Assembly (NCBI GenBank): GCA_004431415.1
Contig: QPMI01000370.1
Coordinates: 925 to 64,924 of the forward strand
Origin: Cyanophora paradoxa CCMP329
Lineage: Eukaryota > Plantae > Glaucophyta
Reading direction: 5' to 3'
Length of the DNA stretch: 64,000 nt
The notes beneath the pieces are model-generated. The model worked only from the letters and a program-made list of their open reading frames with translations, had not been told where the DNA came from and ran no database searches. Positions 1 through 11,465 of this stretch are shown here, piece by piece; positions within the stretch are counted from its first letter, which is position 1; each line of letters starts with the position of its first letter. Both the position numbers and the translations under genes were made by a program.

Positions 1-380
1 GAGGCGCCCCAGCCTCCAGCCTCCCCCGCCCGCAAGACGTGCGCGCGCATGCCTGCCCCAAGCGCGCCACACCGTTGAGTGTAACGACCGCCCTCGCGCC
101 CCGCAGGTCTGCGCGGACGAGCTGCGCGCGGTGGCCGGCCTCGTGGGCGTCGACCCGGCGGCCGGCCCGCGGCCGTGCTCGCCGCGCCCGCGCCGCCCTC
201 GAGGAGAAGGCCGCCGCCCGCGGCCCGGCCGCCGAGCAGCCAGGCCCCCGGTCCCTGGGACCGTCGCCCCTCGAGGAAGCGCGGGCGGGGGGCGCAGCCG
301 GGGGGCCCCGCAAGCGGCCCCGGCCCACGGTGGCCGCGCCGAGGGACACGTCTTTCCCGCGGGCGCTGCTTCGCTCGTGA
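1..380 (+). CDS. 3' end of a hypothetical protein gene (partial)
   Basis: GTGCGC...CGCAG intron-like segment at ~39-106, followed by coding-like text (VCADELRAVAGLVGVD...LEEKAAARG...PRALLRS*). One frame break is needed and no family is recognisable. Confidence 0.3.
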   Translation, partial: GAPASSLPRPQDVRAHACPKRATPLSVTTALAPRRSARTSCARWPASWASTRRPARGRARRARAALEEKAAARGPAAEQPGPRSLGPSPLEEARAGGAAGGPRKRPRPTVAAPRDTSFPRALLRS

Positions 381-881
381 CCTGCGCGGCGGCTTCGGAG
401 CCCTCGCGGCTTTCGCGCTCTTCTCGGCCCTCTCGTAGCCCGTTTCCCGTCGCCGTTCAACGGGGTCCGATTGCCGGTCCTCTTCTCACGTCTTGGCGGC
501 GCCTAGTCGGAGACACAGAGCAGCCGGCAGACGGCAAACTAGGTCCAATATGTCCTCCTAGCTCTACCCTGTATCGGGGCTGTATTCCTGTACCCCTATC
601 CAGCAGGCAGAAATGTAAATTTGTATCCTTGCCCTGTCCTGAACAGAGGCGTATTTTCGTTCAGTCGGAGGAGGGCCCAGCCCGTCTTAAAATCATGTGC
701 ATTTCCTGATTTCCGGCTGAGTCTGGTGATGTCACTAGGCCCCGAGGCAATGGCGAAGGCTGAGGATGGGTGCTAGTATCTTATAGCTGGTACTAGCGTG
801 GTAGCTCGGTAGTTAGATGAGGAATATTGATTATGCCGCGACCTTGGCTGAGGGCCCCGAGGGGCGCTGCAGCTGTGCGCG

Positions 882-3800
882 CTAGGGAGCGGCGGCGGGG
901 TCGTCGGCGCCGAAGAACTGGGGCAGCTGGGCGCGGCAGGTCCCCGGGATCGTCTCCAGGAACTGGCTCGCCCGGCTCGACTCTGCGCCCGCCCCGCCCG
1001 TCCCGAGCCGCGCCCCGTCGGCGACGCGGAGCGGGCGGAGCGGACGGGGCGGAGCGGAGCGGGCGGGGCGGACCGTCGCCGAGGCGGGCGATCATGCCCC
1101 GGAACATGCCGACGTAGAGGAAGAACAGGAAGAGCGTCTGCGCGGGGCCTCAGCGGGCGGGCAGGGGGCCGCTTGGCGGGGCCTCAGCGGGCGAGCCGGC
1201 GCACCCCAACCACAAAGAAGGCTGCCGGCCGGCGGGGCACGTGCGCCGGCGTCGGTCAGGCCGGAGAGCGCGACTCGTATAAATAAGATCTGGCCGGGGC
1301 TGGCGCGGGGCGCGGACCGGCCTGGACGGCGGCGACGAGGGCGGCGACGCGGTCCGCCTCCGCGAGGAAGAGGGCCCCCGCCCGCCCGAACCCGGCGTCC
1401 AGCGCCGGCCGGTACCCCTCCAGCCGCCGCAGGCCCTCCCCGGCCCCGCTCCGCCTGCCGCGGCGCTTAGACGCTTGCAATCAAGGCCTCGGCGCGCGGT
1501 AGGAATGAAGCGAGGGATTTAGATCCTCGCGGCAGCTAGTCGCTAGCTAGGCGTGCTTCCGTTCTAGAAGCGGCGCGTCCCCGGTCTCGAGCGCAGAAAT
1601 GCGGCGGGAGGGCGGGCGGAGCGGGGCGGACTGGGCGATGAAGTCGCCGTCGTAGAAGGGCGCAGGCGGGTCGGCCCGCGCGGCCCGCCGCGGGGTCCCG
1701 CCTCCCGTCCGCTGCGCCCGTCGACCGCAATTAAAAGGGGCGGCGATCGAAGAAGAAAGTGGAAAGAAGGGCGGGCGCACGGGCGAAGGCGGCGTGGTCG
1801 TTGAGGACGGCGCGGGCCCCGAAGCGAAGAGGTGCGCGGCGAAGTCCAGCCCGCCGCCAGCGCCCCGCACACCTCGCCGCCGGCCCGTCGCAGGCAGCGG
1901 CGCCCGGCCGTAGTACAGCGCGTCGTGGTCGCGGGAGCGGCCGTCGGTGCCGGGGAGGCCGAGCGCCGCGTCGCCGGCGCGGAGGGCGCGGTGCAGGGCC
2001 GTGAAGTTTCCCCAGCAGCCCGTGCATCTCGTTTAGCAGGGCGCCCTGCGCGCCCCCGCCCGTCAGCCCGTCAGCCTTGGGGGGTGTTTCGGGGATCTAG
2101 GATCTAGGGTCGGGCTGGGGTAGCCCCGGAAGAAAGGCGGGCCTTGGGGGGCCTTGGTATCTAGGTCTGGCGGGCGAAGGCCCGGGGTCGGGCGGGCGGG
2201 GAAAGCGGGCCTTGGGGAGGGCCTTGGGAGGGCGCGGGTCGCTATAGGAGATCTAGGGATCTAGGGCGGGGCGGGGCGGGGCGGGGCGGGCCTTAGGGAG
2301 GACGGCGCCGTCGTCGACGTAGAGCTCGAGGGCCGTGCCACGAGGCGGCCCGCCTGGTGCCGCCGCACCCCGGCCCAGTGCCCCCCGCCACCGCCCCGCG
2401 CTCTGCGGCACGGAGGGGCCGCCTCAGGGCGCCGGGGCGGGGCGGGGCGGGGCGGGGAGGAGCGGGCGGGGGGCAAAAGGCGGGGGCGCGCCGCGTCGAG
2501 CTGGATCAGGCAGAAGGCGGCGTTCGCGATCGAGACGAGTCCACAACGAGGAACGCTGCGGGGCCCCCGCCCGCCGGGTCGGTCGGGCCCGGGCGGGGCG
2601 GGGCGGGGCGGGGCTTGATGTTTCGTTTCCTAAAACTTCGTCTAGTCTCCGAGGCTTCGGGCGGGGTGGGGATCGGGGCGGGGCGGGGGCACCGAGGGAG
2701 TAGCGGCGGGTGAGGGCGGCGAAGACTCCGTCCAGCGCGTTCTTCTCCACCGCCGCCTTCTCCCCGCTGCCGCCGGGCCCGGGCCCCGGTGCGGCGCCGG
2801 GTTCAGATCCCGGCGGGGCAGGTTTATGTTCTGGGGGGCCCGCGCACGCTTCCTCCCCCGCGCCCGCGCCCGCCGCGGCGGACGAGGCGGGCCCCTCCTC
2901 GTGGGCGGCGGCCCCGTCGGGGCAGGTGCCGCCGGGGCGCAGCACGGCCGCCTCCTCGTCCTCCGCCACCTCCCGCCATACCGCAGGGGCCGGGCCCGCC
3001 TCGGGCGCCGGCGCGCGCGCGGGGCGGCAAGCGCACCGTGCGGCGGCCGCGCCCCTCGCCCTCGCCCTCGCCCTCGTCCGAGCCGTCTGAAACCGCGCGC
3101 GCCGCCCGGCCCGCCCCGCAAAGATCTGCGCGCGCGCGGCGCTCGGGGCCGAGCGGCGCGGCGCGGCGCGGCGCGGCGCGGCCGGCGGGGCGCACGCCCG
3201 CGCAGGCGCTGCCGCAGGCCGCCGCGCGCCGCTCCCTCCGCCGCGCCGGGGGCAGCCGCGTAGGCGTTCGCCTGCTTCGGCGTGAGTGGCGACGGGGCGG
3301 GGTCGAGCTGCGAGGGGCGTGCCCTGGGGCCGAGGGAGGGCCGGCGGGGCCGGCGTGGGGCCGGCGGGGCCGAGGAGGGCGCCGAGGGCCGAGCCCCACG
3401 CGGCGGAGGCGGCAGTGGAGGCGGCGGTCCGGGGGCGGGCGAGTCGGAGCGGGCGGCGGCGGCGCCTTCGCGGAGGCGGGCGGGGCCGCCGCGGTGGCGG
3501 AGGATGGCGCCGGGGGCCCGCGGCGGGGCGAGGCGCCCCCTCCCCGCGCTCCGCCAGCACGATGACCGCCGCGTCTGGCCCCTTCTCCTGCGTCGCGGCC
3601 TCGACTTCAACGGCGCGGCGGGGCGGGGGTTGGGATACGGGTACGGACCGCCTCGCTGCGGAGGGAGGAGAGGAGGGAGGAGAGGGGGTCCTCCTCGCCC
3701 GCTCGACGCCGGCGCCGGTGCATCGGCCCCGGCGCGGCGGGTGGCGGCGGCGTCGCCTCGGGCCCGTCAGAGAGCGTCGCAAGCGGCGCCGGCGGCTTCT

Positions 3801-6385
3801 CGGCGAGGGCGCCCTCCCAATGGAACGAGAGGCTCCGCTGCGCGCGGCTCACGTAAGCTGGCGGCGCGCGCGCGGGCGGGCGGGGCATGGGAGCGGAGGG
3901 CGCACCAGCTGCTTGGTGGAGCCGCTCTTGCGGAGGGCCGACTTGGCTGGGCCCGGCGCCGGCCCCGGCGCCCTCGGCCGCGGCGCCGGCCGCTGCGGCC
4001 TCGGCGGCGCGCCGGGCGAAGGACGGGGAGCGGAAGGAAGGGCTCCGGAACGAGGCGGAGCGGAAGGAGGGCCCGCGCAGCGCGAGGGCGCCGGCGGCGC
4101 CGCGCGATGGCGCCGTGCGCCGCCTCGTCCAGCGCCGCCGCCTCCGCCGGCTCCGCCGCCGCCGCTCCGCGGCCGCCGCCGGAAGCTTAAGCTGCCCCCC
4201 GAGGCCGCCGCCACGGCCAGCGGGGCGGCAGCAACGGGGAGCCGCCGGGCTCGCCGTTTAGGGAGCGGTGCGTGCCGGGGGCGGCGGCGGTGGCCTCGGA
4301 GCGGCGGGAGCGGGCGGTGAGGTTGCCCCCCGCGGCGTCGCCCCCCGCGAGGAGCTGGGCCTGCTCGTCCTCCGAGTCCCCGGCGTCCCCCACCAGGTCC
4401 GCCTTCCCGTACGTCGCCGAGATGTGCCTGCGCCGAGGCAGAGGCGGCGCTCAGAGCGGGTGGGTGGGTGGGGAAGCGGGAGTTCGGAGGTGGAGTGCAG
4501 TACTACGGTAGATCCGCCAGATGCGCCTTAGTTGGGGGCGCGGGACGCGGGGCGGGGCGGGGCGGGGCGGGGCGGGGCGGGGCGGACGAGATGAGGTCCG
4601 GGGGGATGCGGGCGACGATCTCGGCGACGCCGCGCTGCGACATCCGCACGTTGCGGAAGGCGGAGCGGAAGATCCCGGCCCAGGATCACCAGCGCGATCA
4701 GCATCGTCCTGCGCGGCGCGCCGCGCTGGGGTCAGGAGGGGGCATCGCCGGCCCCGCGCGCTCGCCGCTGGCGGGCGGGCGCGGTTCCTTCTAGCATGGT
4801 TTTCGACCTTATAAATTCTATTGCGCATTTTGCTGGCGGCGGGCTCGGGGCGGACGAGCATGGCGCCGACGGCGGCGTCGTGGTCGGCCTTGCGCGCGAC
4901 GGCCTCGGCGAGGTACAGCGCCCGCCCGCTCCACCGCCGCCACCACCGCCCCGCGCCCGTTGTTCTGCACGAACCGCCACTCCGCGTTGCCCCCGCCGGC
5001 TCCGCCAGCCGCTCCATCCCTGGCTTGACAGCTGCGCGCCCGGGCGCTCGCGGGGGTACGCGAAGAAAGAGGGGAGAAGAGCGCGGGCGGACGGCGAGGA
5101 ATGCGTCCTGGTAGTGGTTGAAGGCGGCCCAGGGCGAGGCGTCCTTGTGGACCGCGAGGCCGCCAGAGGCCGAGGCCGAGGGGGAGGGGGAGGGGGCGGC
5201 CCCCGCGTGGGCGCCGCCCGGGGAGACGTGGAAGCGGAGGGGTACGTCCTCGTCGCGCCAGAAGGCCCAGAGCGCGGGGGCGGCCGCCGGGGGCACCGGC
5301 GGCTCCGCGAAGCCGAGGTAGAGCCCGCGGAGCCAGCGGGTGGACTCCTCCAGCAGCGGGGCCACCGCCGCCCGCGCCGCCTCCACTCCGGCCCCGTCCC
5401 CGAGCCACGACTGCCCCCAGCTTTCAGTTCGAGATCGGGCGGGGGCGCCGGGGCGCCGGGGCGCTGGGGCGCGCACGCGGTGTTGAGGATGCGGGCGTAG
5501 TACATGAAGAGCTCGTAGGCCCGCGCCAGGTGCCTGCGCCGTGCGCGGCGCGGTCGGCCGCCGGCGGCGCGGCGGCGAATGAGTTTGGAGGCGGGCGCGG
5601 GCGCACTGGACGGCGTAGATCTGGTACGTGACCTGCTTCCCCTCCTGCGAAGGAGCAGCCGGCTCAGAATTGGAGGGGCGGGGGCTAGCGCTGGGCGGGG
5701 GGGGGGGGCGGACGGTGAAGCGGGAGGCGTAGACGGCGAAGGTGGCGCCGTAGAGGGCCGCCAGCAGGCAGAGGCGCCTACCAGCCCACCTGCAGGCTCC
5801 CGAGGCTCGCCGGCGCGGGCGGGCGTAGGGGCGGGGGAACGGGCGCGGAGGCGGGGGCGGGCGGTGCGCCTCTAGTCTAGCGGGAGGCGCGAGCCCGCAG
5901 CGGAAGCGGAGGCGGCGGGGCGGGGGGCGGACCTTGAGGCGGCGGAGGGCGCCGGCGTTGGAGGCGGTGCTCCGGAGCAGCGTGCTCGCCCCGCGCCGGT
6001 TGCGCCGCGAGCTCCCCGAGCTCCCCGACTTCTCCGAGCGGCCCCCGCCTGCGACCGCCCGCCCTGCGGCCCGCGCGTGCCGCGCCGCGTCGGGCCGCGG
6101 CGCGAAGCGGAAGGGCGAGGGCGAGGGCGGAGATAGATGCAGATCTAGATGAAATCGATAGATGTAGATCTAGAAAAGGCGCGAAGCGGAAGGGCGAGGC
6201 GGGAGCCGCACTGGGAGGCCGCTCGTCGCCGGCCTCGCCGGCGCGCTTCAGCTTCGTCTCCTCTGCCCGCCGCACACTCGGCTAAGCAAAGCGAGGGGGG
6301 ACGCCGGCTCAAGAGGGAGGGGCGCACGGTCCTCGATCTCGTCGGCGCGGGCCTGTCGATCCGTCAGATAGGGGGGGGGGGGGGG

Positions 6386-6455
<70 letters not shown>

Positions 6456-8326
6456 CGGGCAGGCGGCCGGGCAAGGCCGTTGCTTAGAGGCCGTTTGAAG
6501 TTAAGCTTAGAAGCATTTAGAAAGGCGCGCCGTTGCTTTAGAAGCGGAAGTATCAGAGCATATAGAAGCGGCGGGCGGGGCATCAGACAGGGCGGGCGGG
6601 GCGGGGCGGAGCGGGAGGGAGGGGCGGAGGGCCGGGGCGGGCAGGCCGTCGCTTAGAGGCCGTTCGGAGCTTAGAAGCCTTTAGGGCGGGGCGGGGCGGG
6701 CGGACGAAGTGGTAGGCGGCGCTCTCGACGTCGTTGACGACGTCGCGGAGGTACAGCCCGTAGCACCGCACCAGCACTGCCGCCCGCACCCTCAGCGGGG
6801 GTGGTGCAGGGGCGGTGGCGCGGGGGCGGGGCATGGGGGCGGGCCTTGGAGGAGGGGAACTTGCGGAGCATGCGCTCGTACCCTCCTGCGCCTTGCGCTT
6901 CGCCGCGTGGATCGTCTGCCGGATCCGGCGGCGGCGGCGGCGGGTCGGAAATCTAGAAATTGGGGCCGGGGCGGGCGGAGAGGCGGCGCCGGTTCGGGCG
7001 CACGGCGACGCGCTTGTAGACGGTGGCGAGCGAGTCGCGCGAGAAGCGCGTCGACTTCGCCAGCTGCGCGGCCGCCCCCGGCCGTGAGGGGGCGCCGGCC
7101 GGGCCGAGGCGGCGGGGTAGGAATGAAGCGAGGGATTTAGATCCCTCGCGGGTGTGGCGGAGGCGCTAGGCGTTCTCCCGCGGCCGTGCGAGGGCGCCGG
7201 CGGGGCCGGGGCGGCGGGCCGGGGCGGCGGGGCCGGGGCGGCGGGGCCGGGCGGCGGGCCGCGTGCGCACGGAGGCCCAGAGGGTCTTGAGGGCGGAGAG
7301 GGCCTCGTTGTGCGCCGCCGTCGCCAGCTCTGCCCCCGGGGACCCACGGCCTCTCAGCCTGCCCCGGGGCGCGGGCGCGGAGCGGCGGGGCGGCGGGGCG
7401 CGGGCGGGGCGCAGGACGGGACGCACCGAACATGCGCCGGAACTCGTGCATGTTCACTGCGAACGGCTCGGTCGGGGCGGCGGGGCGGCGGGGCGGCGGG
7501 CCGCGCACCGCCGGAGCCCTGGCCGGAGGCGGCCTGCTCCCAGGCCTGCCGCCGCCGTATCGCTAGCACCTGCCGCCCCGCCCCGCCCCTCAGCGGTGGC
7601 TACAGAGCGCGGAGCATCCAAGCGTCGTGCGGGCGTGCCTTGAGGTCAAAGTCGGAGGCGTCCTTGGCCTTGCGGGCGGCGCGGCGGGCCTCGGCGATGG
7701 CGCCGGGGGCGTCCCGCAGAAGTGAAGAGGAAAGTCGCCCACGCCGCCGCCACGAAGGGCGAGTCGGCGAAGTTCGGGTGCCGCAGCCCAGCCGGAACAC
7801 CAGCTCCGCGCACTGCGCGGCGCCGCGTTGTCAAGGGCGGGCGAACGTTCGTTCGCCTGGGCAGGGTACGAGTGACCTCGGCGCCGCCGTCGGATGCGGA
7901 GAGGGTCTCGAGGGGCCGGCGGGCGGCGGCGTCGAGGCAGGCGTCGAACCAGAAGCCGCGGGAGGCGACCCAGGGCGAGTCGACGGCCCCCACCTCCGGC
8001 TCACGCAGGTCCTTCATCGTCCGCTGCCCCCCCGCCGCCGCGCCCCGCGCGCCCGCCCCCCGCATCTACGGAGAGCGGGTTTGTCGGGGCGATCGTGAGC
8101 GGAGAGGGGGCGGCCGGGGCGGGGCGCACGGAGAGGACGACGGCCCCGCCGGGGGTCTGTCCGCCGGGCGTCTGCGGGTCCGCCCCCGCCGCGGCGGCGG
8201 CGGCGGCCTCGAGGGCGGCGGCGGCCTCCGCGGCCTCCGCCTCGTCGCGGTGCGGAGTGCAACGCGCAGCACGCTCCGCGAGATCTGGCGCGGCTCGGCT
8301 CGCCGGGGCGGCGGGACAAGGGCGGG

Positions 8327-8359
<33 letters not shown>

Positions 8360-9734
8360 GGGGGGGGGAGGGGGGGGGCGCACGGCGGCGTAGGTACGGC
8401 GGCAGAGGAGGGCCCCGCCGGCGGCGGCGGCGGCGATGAGGAGCAGGCCGGCGGCGGAGGCGCCGAGGCGGCGGCGGAGCCGGGCTCGCCGGCGAGGGGG
8501 ATCAGGCAGGAGAGGAGCGCGGCGGCGGCGACGGCGGCGAAGAGGCCGCAGCGCAGCTCGTTCATCGCCGCCCGCAGGTACGGCTGCATCGTCTGCGCCC
8601 GCCCCGGCTCGCGCCGTGCGGCGAGGCGGGGCGGGCGGGGCGGGGCGGACGGTGTGGAGGGCGAGCATGGCGAGGGCGACGAGGAGGACGGCGAGGCGGA
8701 GCGGCACGCCGCGCCCGTCCACCGCGAGCCGCAGCGCCGCCAGCGCCGTCTGCAGCAGCGCGTAGACGAAGGGAGGCGCCCGTGGCCGCCGCGCCCCAGT
8801 CCCGCGAGCCCGGTCGCACTCGAAGAAGAGCAGCGCCCCCGCGAGCGCCAGCGCCGCCGCCACGGGCGCCCCCGCCGCCCCAGCAGCCCGAACACCAGCG
8901 GCGAGGGGTACCCGCACGCCGCCCCGGAGGGCGCGCCCCTGCGGGGCCTCAGGGGAGGGGGGGAAGGGGAGGCGGTAGGGCAAGCGTGCCCGGAAGAGGC
9001 AGGCGAGGGCGTCGAGGAAGAGGCAGAGGACGGGAGGTAGACCCCGCCGAGAGGGCCGGCAGCAGCACCCTCAGCGCCTGCGGGCGGCGCGCCGGTTCAG
9101 CCTGCCGGCCGGGCCGGCGGGGCGGGGACGACGGGGCGGGGCGGGGCGGGCCTTGACGGGAAGAGGCGGGGCCGGTGGGCGGTGGCGAGGTACGCGACGG
9201 CGGCGGCGGCGGCGGCGGTGACGCCCGTCGCCGCCAGCGCGAGGTAGAAGGCGGGGGCGCGCCCGCGCCGCCCCCGCCCCGCGCCGCCCCCGCCACGTGG
9301 GCGCTCCCGTCCAGCCACCCCACCGCCGCTCGTCCCTGCGCGCGGGCGCGCTCGGCGGAGCGAAGCAAAGAGCCTACAGCCGGCAGCCGGCCGCGGGGCG
9401 CACCAGCCGGGGAGGACCAGACCGAGCAGCTGCCGCGCGGGGCACCGGTCCGGTCAGGGCGCGCGGCGGCGGCAGCAGCGGGGCGGCCGGGCGGGCGGGC
9501 GGATGCCTGGATCGCGTCGAAGACGACGCAGGCGATGGGGAAGAGCACGCGGGCGACGCTGCCGCGCCGCCAGTCCGGCGCCGGTCGGTCCAGCGCCCCT
9601 GCGCTCCCGCAGGGCCGGGTCGACGTCCGGCGTGCGCGGCGCGCGGCCGCGCGGGGCGGACCCTGCAGAACGGCCGTCACGACGGTGACCACGCGGCCCT
9701 GCCGCTCCTTCTCCTGCTCCTCGTCGCGCGCCAT
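882..9734 (-). CDS. TmcB (tiny macrocysts B)-like multi-pass membrane protein, many introns
   Basis: Spliced peptides match the TmcB-type architecture. N-terminal TM block includes QPYLRAAMNELRCGLF. Helical core reads AAHNEALSALKTLW...AKRKAQEGYERMLRKFPSSK/LVRCYGLYLRDVVNDVESAAYHF. C-terminal TM plus tail reads TLFLFFLYVGMFRGMIARLGD/ESSRASQFLETIP...AAP* (stop 882-884). Internal exon boundaries are only partly resolved. Confidence 0.6.
1498..1532. repeat. Intronic ~36-bp hairpin-containing repeat, copy 1
   Basis: ggtaggaatgaagcgagggatttagatcctcgcgg is identical to 7116-7151 apart from one C. Confidence 0.85.
6371..6455. repeat. ~85-nt poly(G) tract in an intron
   Basis: Direct reading. Similar runs occur at ~8329-8378, ~32753-32790, ~44030-44062 (poly C) and ~62323-62373. 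Confidence 0.9.
7116..7151. repeat. Intronic ~36-bp hairpin-containing repeat, copy 2
   Basis: Contains the perfect inverted repeat GCGAGGGAT-ttag-ATCCCTCGC. Confidence 0.85.
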
Positions 9735-10464
9735 GTCCCGGATCCGCTCCGCGCTTCAGAGCGCGCTGACCACCTCGCCGCGGCGGCGCGCCTCGTCCGC
9801 TCAACAACACATTCCCCACTGAGCCCAGCGCTCGGCTGTCCAGCGGCGCGAGTGGGCCTGCTGGCCGCCGGGCGTTGGCTTGCTCCGAGTCCTTGCGGTG
9901 CCGGCCAAGCCAGAGACTCTGAGAGAGGCGAAGGCGCGAGTCGACGCAGTGCCGGCTAGATCGGCGAGTCAACCAGTGCCGGCCGGATGCGCGCTCGGGC
10001 GTCGCTGTGACGACGTCAACTTCTCAAGCGCCAGGACGCCCTGGCGCGCGCTCCGCGGCTCCGGCGACAGAAATAGTCACGGCGCTCCTGGATCACCTCC
10101 TTAGGTGCTGCTGCTGCGGCTCTGCGCGAAGCGCTGGTCTCAGCCCGGGGTACGTACGAACAAGAGTTCGTCGACGCTGATTGGATGGCCGGAGGAAGGC
10201 TTACGAGAGGGCCTTGGAGGGGCGCCGCCGCGCGCGCCCCGACCCGGCGCGGCGGCCGACTCTCTCCGAGTCTCTCGCCGCCGATCGAGGCCTTCCTATA
10301 ATATGATCATGATAGCTAGCTCCCGGCGCGCGCAGCCTCCCGCCGCCGGCGCGCCGCTGGCCGCGGCCGCGGCGCTTCAAAAGCCTTCCCCTAAGGCATT
10401 GCTTCCTAATAAGTGGCTAGAATATTGATTCAGGGCTCTAGCTAGGAATCCTAGCGCTGCCCAG

Positions 10465-10548
10465 CGCTAGAGAATAGTAGAGATCTAGATAGAGGCCAGC
10501 GCTGGCCGCTAGAGAATAGTAGAGATCTAGATAGAGGGCAGCGCTGGC
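10465..10548. repeat. Tandem direct repeat, 2 x 42 bp
   Basis: cgctagagaatagtagagatctagatagagg(c/g)cagcgctggc starts at 10465 and again at 10507. Confidence 0.9.
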
Positions 10549-10579
10549 AGAGTCTGCGCTTGCAATTGATTGCTGCAGC

Positions 10580-10686
10580 TGCATATGCATATGCATCATG
10601 ATCATACATGATGATCATGATCATGATCATCGGATCTGATCATGATCGGATCATGATCATGATCATCGGATCTGATCATGATCATC
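10580..10686. repeat. Palindromic low-complexity repeat (GATCAT)n with CGGATC interruptions
   Basis: Direct reading. Confidence 0.9.
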
Positions 10687-11465
10687 CCTTATAGCTAGGC
10701 CTCCGGCCCGGCGGATCCACAAGCTTTAAGCCTCGAATATATAATTAAGGGCCTTCAAACTCGCCGAGTCGCCTTCCCACTGGCACCCCGGGCCCACGGC
10801 CGGCCGGGCCGTCTTGATCGAAGTTTACTCAAGATCATGATCATCGGATCACGAGAGATCACGACGATCGCGAGGAGCGCGGAAACGCCGTGACGCAGCA
10901 ACTAAATAAATAACAAGCACGAGACCTACTAGGCTAGCTATAGGAGGATCAAAGAGATCTAGAGGTCAAAGACACCTAAGCATCAAAACACAGCTGCAGA
11001 CCTCAGACCCTGAGAGCTGTCGCATGAAAACATGTGCACGTACAGAGCAAAACAAATTCGCGAATTCGAACTGCCTACAATCGCGACCGCCTCTTCCACA
11101 GACCGCTAATAGTATATTTAAAAGTCAAGCTTTATATCAATTGAAACAAAAAAATTCTAGCATAGATCGATGTTCTGCAAGTTGCAAATGTCAACGACGG
11201 CATCATGATCATGCCGTCATAATTAATAAATAATCAGGCTCGATGATAAGAAACAAACTTGAAGCTCAGGCATTGAGCAGGTGGGCTGGAAATCGAGTCG
11301 ACGTCAAACTACTACCAAGTTATATAAAACAAACTCATTGAAAAGGCTAAGAATCCTAAGAACTTCGGAAAGAGAGGACTGCGCATGTACATGTACATGT
11401 ACATGCGGATGGAAGCTTGAGCTGTCAGCGCAGATGGAAGCTTAAGCGGTCAGCGCTTCTCCCGA

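Noticed and set aside
501-740. Lower-GC segment bounded by gcctagt/actaggc (MITE-like)
   Set aside because: Only a 7-bp inverted repeat, no target duplication, single copy, and CTAG is common here.
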